A program made the position numbers and the translations under genes. This document shows, in pieces, positions 60,876 through 64,000 of a stretch of DNA of 64,000 nt. Numbering within the stretch: position 1 is the stretch's first letter; the number at the start of each line of letters is the position of its first letter. The notes below the pieces were generated by a model. That model had not been told where the DNA came from. It searched no databases and saw nothing but the letters and a program-made list of their open reading frames with translations. The stretch comes from Azolla caroliniana (taxonomy: Eukaryota > Plantae > Polypodiophyta), in assembly GCA_043228905.1 (NCBI GenBank), contig JBHGNT010000014.1, positions 7,192,001 to 7,256,000 on the forward strand, written 5' to 3'.

Positions 60876-61850
60876 GACACAAGGTTTTGGGAATTGAGCC
60901 TATAAGAATATTATAGGTCAATTAGTGTTAGAGCTCATGAATAAGCTCATTTACTAGTGTCTGTACACCCTTTGTATAAAAAGTGCTCTGTGAGCACATT
61001 GTATGTACATAGTCTTTTTGTAATAGAATTTTGTTTATGTTGTTTACTAACACTACCTCTCTCACTGTGTACTTTGTCTCCATCTCTGAACTCTATGGAT
61101 ACCTAACTGTCTAATATTTTGTTGCCAACTAAGCGGTTGTTTGTGTAAGCTTCCGCATCTTACATTTTACATGGTATTAGAGCATAAGGGTTAGAAGAAT
61201 CCTTTGCAATCGACACAACATTTCAACACAGACAAAGTGAACATCTTCCGGACAGAAATCGATAGGAATAACTACACATCTTGGGAATACAATATGCACC
61301 AGTACTTGCTTGGGCATAGGTATTGGAGTTATATAGAAGGGACGAACGAAGTAACGCCGAAGCCAACACATAGAAATTTCTTGGCCTAGGAGCAAGCAGC
61401 AAGTCGAGTCTTGTACTTCTTGGCGTCCTATGTTCACAATCATATGCTCGATTACGTTCGGGACGCGAAGACGCCAAAGGAAGCTAGGCAAAATCTGAAA
61501 AGGATATTTGCAGCAAGCACGACGGCCAAAAAGTTGCAGCTCAGGCAGGAGTTGAACATCCAGTGGAAGGACATGTTGGTGGCCGATTACACCTCCAAAA
61601 TAAAGGAGATCTGCGAGTGTGATGGGGTCCATCAACATGATGGTGGAGGAGGATGAAATGGTGCAAGTCTTCCTTGAGGGAGAAAATTGCATCCCTCTTC
61701 GAGTTGGAATCAATGCTTCTCGTGGAGGAGAACCACGTGGGTACGTTGAAGAACACGCCACCGACAACCAGATGTTGTACATAGAGGTGGAATGGCCCCT
61801 GGTCGTGGTGGGAGAGACGGATCGACGCACACAAATAACGATTGATATGA
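60876..61850 (+). mobile_element. Copia G remnant: partial 5' LTR, PBS, decayed gag
   Basis: TTTTACA|TGGTATTAGAGC at 61172; DRNNYTSWEYNMHQYLLGHRYW homologous to element D gag. Confidence 0.85.
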
Positions 61851-62105
61851 GCAGAATCAAAGTTACAACAGTATTTCTATTTGAAAATCAGTTAGACAAT
61901 TATGCTCGATCAGTTCTTTATTATTCACTATTGTGGCACACCCTATTCTTGTTAAATTACATAATATGGCTATGGAGGAAGATTGCTTACACTACGGTTC
62001 CCATAAGGGAAGCCATGTATTATTCAAGCTCTTGCAGATGACCATATCATGTTTTTGGTACCTAATCACGAAAATGTTAGTAAGACAAGAGATTTGTAGA
62101 AATTA

Positions 62106-62936
62106 TGTCACATCTAGGATGTGACTCAAACCTCTTACTTATAACACACCCAATATATGGTTAATATTGTATAGCCTAGCATATAAAATATTCTAGTCTT
62201 TAGTATTGTTGAGAGTCGAACTCAACTTCCCATAGAGATAGGTTTCACACTAGCTCATGGACACACCATGCTAGTTTTGTAAATAGTTGAAAGGGAACTT
62301 GCCCTAGCCTAGTTGGTATTTAAATCAAGCCTTTGTAACTTAGTAGTTGTTGGAAGTATACAGTTTCTTGTTCGATCTCTCTCTCTCACACTCTCTCTCT
62401 TTATCGTAATTAGCTTACCCTAGTGGTAAGTCGATAACACTACAAGCACTGTGTCTTGGGTTCGAAACCCAATTTTCTCACCTCTCTATTATATACTTCA
62501 TATATATCTTTATTTCACTAGATGCCACTGTGGAATGTAGGGGTTGAACCCATGACCACCTGGTCTCCATTGGGCAACCTTACCAACTGAGTTACATCCA
62601 TTTGGGCACTCTCTCTCTCTCTCTCTGCATGTCTTACGTGCACACACACAATCGTCTTCCACTGCACTAAATCTCTCTCGATTCTTTACAAGTATATTCT
62701 AGAAATGTTCTATGGTATATTCTAGACAAGTATACTCTAGAGATATTTCTCGGGTATATTCTAGAGATATTTCTTAGGTATATTCTAGAGATATTCAATC
62801 CCAGAACTTATATAAATATGTGTGTTCACCTAGATTATAATCAAGGTGAACAACACCAATTACAAAGTCTTTCAATTACTCAACTCATGCCTTTGATTAT
62901 CTTCTACTCACTTGTGTATATTTTCTACCCGTGACA
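62106..62936 (+). mobile_element. Solo LTR (831 bp) with several tRNA-like cassettes
   Basis: TGTCAC..GTGACA, TSD AATTA/AATTG, TTCTAGA arrays, TATAAATA, GTTCACCT..AGGTGAAC hairpin. Confidence 0.82.
62531..62600 (-). other. Best-preserved tRNA-like cassette
   Basis: TGGATGTAACTCAGTTGGTAAGG..GGTCATGGGTTCAACCCCTACATTCCA; partial acceptor stem, unpaired anticodon arm. Confidence 0.75.
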
Positions 62937-63067
62937 AATTGTTTTCAAATGCTTCAAGGTTGAGGACTAGTATGCATAAATCTGTCCTCATTTCATGTAC
63001 AAAGTAAAATGTTTTAGGGTTGGGATCGTTAGGAGAGATAGTATATCGTCATATGATTTGTCGTCAC

Positions 63068-63395
63068 TGTTGAGCGGCAAGCTCAACCGGAGCCGGATCG
63101 ACTGAATAAGCCGGAGCCGGTAAGCGAGACGGATCGGGCAAAACGGATTGGTATGACGGTGAGCAACCGAACCGGCAAGCAGTGGAGGCCGGGTGCAATC
63201 TGTAACCGGAAGTCCAATCGGAAGCCTAGTATAGGATAGACTACTAGGTAGCTATAGTCTCGTAGTAAGTGTCAGATGCTCGTGTGAGCATTGAAGTACA
63301 TGGTACTTCTGTCAGTCCCAAGAGGACTTGTATAAATAGTGCTACTTAGCACAGTGTGTGTACAGAGTCTTGATATAATTTTGAAATTGTGTTCT

Positions 63396-63441
<46 letters not shown>

Positions 63442-64000
63442 GTTCTCTGTTTTACACTTCCGCAAACACTTACGTTTACATGGTATCAGAGCGCGAGGGT
63501 TGAGAACCTCTGCTGCAGACATTTACTCTTGAGAAGAAAACCCTAACAGGTCGAAAACAGACACAGTAGAAGACATGGATAGAGGCATGGCTACGTCGCT
63601 CCTGGTGGAGAAGCTCGATAGGAGCAACTACGCATCCTGGTCTTACAAGATGCACCAGTACCTGCTTGGACACGGGTACTGGAGTTATGTCGAAGGAGCG
63701 AATGATGCGGCTCCCGACTCGGCACACAAGGACTTCCCGGTATGGGAACAGGCGGCAAGTAGGGTGATGTACTGCTTCGTGTCCAGTGTCGGCGATCAGC
63801 TGCTCAGCCACATCCGTGACGCCAAGACACCGAAGGATGCTTGGGGGAACCTGAAAAAGGTTTTCGCTGCAAGCACCACTGCCCGGAAGCTGCAACTTAG
63901 ACAAGAGTTGAGCAATGTTCGACAGAAGAACATGTCTGTGGCAGACTACACGGGCCGGATAAAGGAGATCTGCGACTCGCTCGCCTCTATCAATGTTACC
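63068..64000 (+). mobile_element. Copia H 5' end: LTR 63068-63480, iMet PBS 63481-63492, gag from 63587 open to window end
   Basis: TGTTGAG..TTTACA|TGGTATCAGAGC; MATSLLVEKLDRSNYASWSYKMHQYLLGHGYW. Confidence 0.93.

Larger units (their letters stand above)
61860..63067 (+). pseudogene. L1-like LINE RT fragment split by a solo LTR
   Basis: SVRQLCSISSLLFTIVAHP (QGCPLSP motif), LADDHIMFL, LFSNASRL..HKS continuing across 62106-62936. Confidence 0.72.

Noticed and set aside
62531-62600. Functional tRNA gene call for this and the other cassettes
   Set aside because: Anticodon and acceptor stems are incomplete and no anticodon can be assigned; kept only as tRNA-like

Overview
Gene-free, heterochromatin-like eukaryotic region, most likely from a non-seed land plant (fern, bryophyte or lycophyte; inferred from the retroelement lineages and a plant-type 25S rRNA fragment). 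Nearly all 64 kb is a nest of LTR retrotransposons: Tcn1-like chromoviruses, a non-chromovirus Gypsy with a large extra 3' ORF, Ylt1-like Gypsy elements (tRNA-Trp PBS, 4-bp TSD), several Copia elements (one intact, with near-identical LTRs), a TRIM, a LARD-like element and solo LTRs. It also holds a decayed Sola-like transposase, two LINE fragments, a 166-bp 25S rRNA fragment inside a Copia RT and a 100-N gap. No host protein-coding gene was recognised. The most striking unexplained signal is a tRNA-like Pol III cassette (A box plus B box at tRNA spacing, diverged anticodon arm) that recurs, mostly antisense, in the U3 of several dissimilar LTR families, often beside heat-shock-element arrays and Tf1-type self-priming structures. 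All calls were made by eye; no database searches were run.
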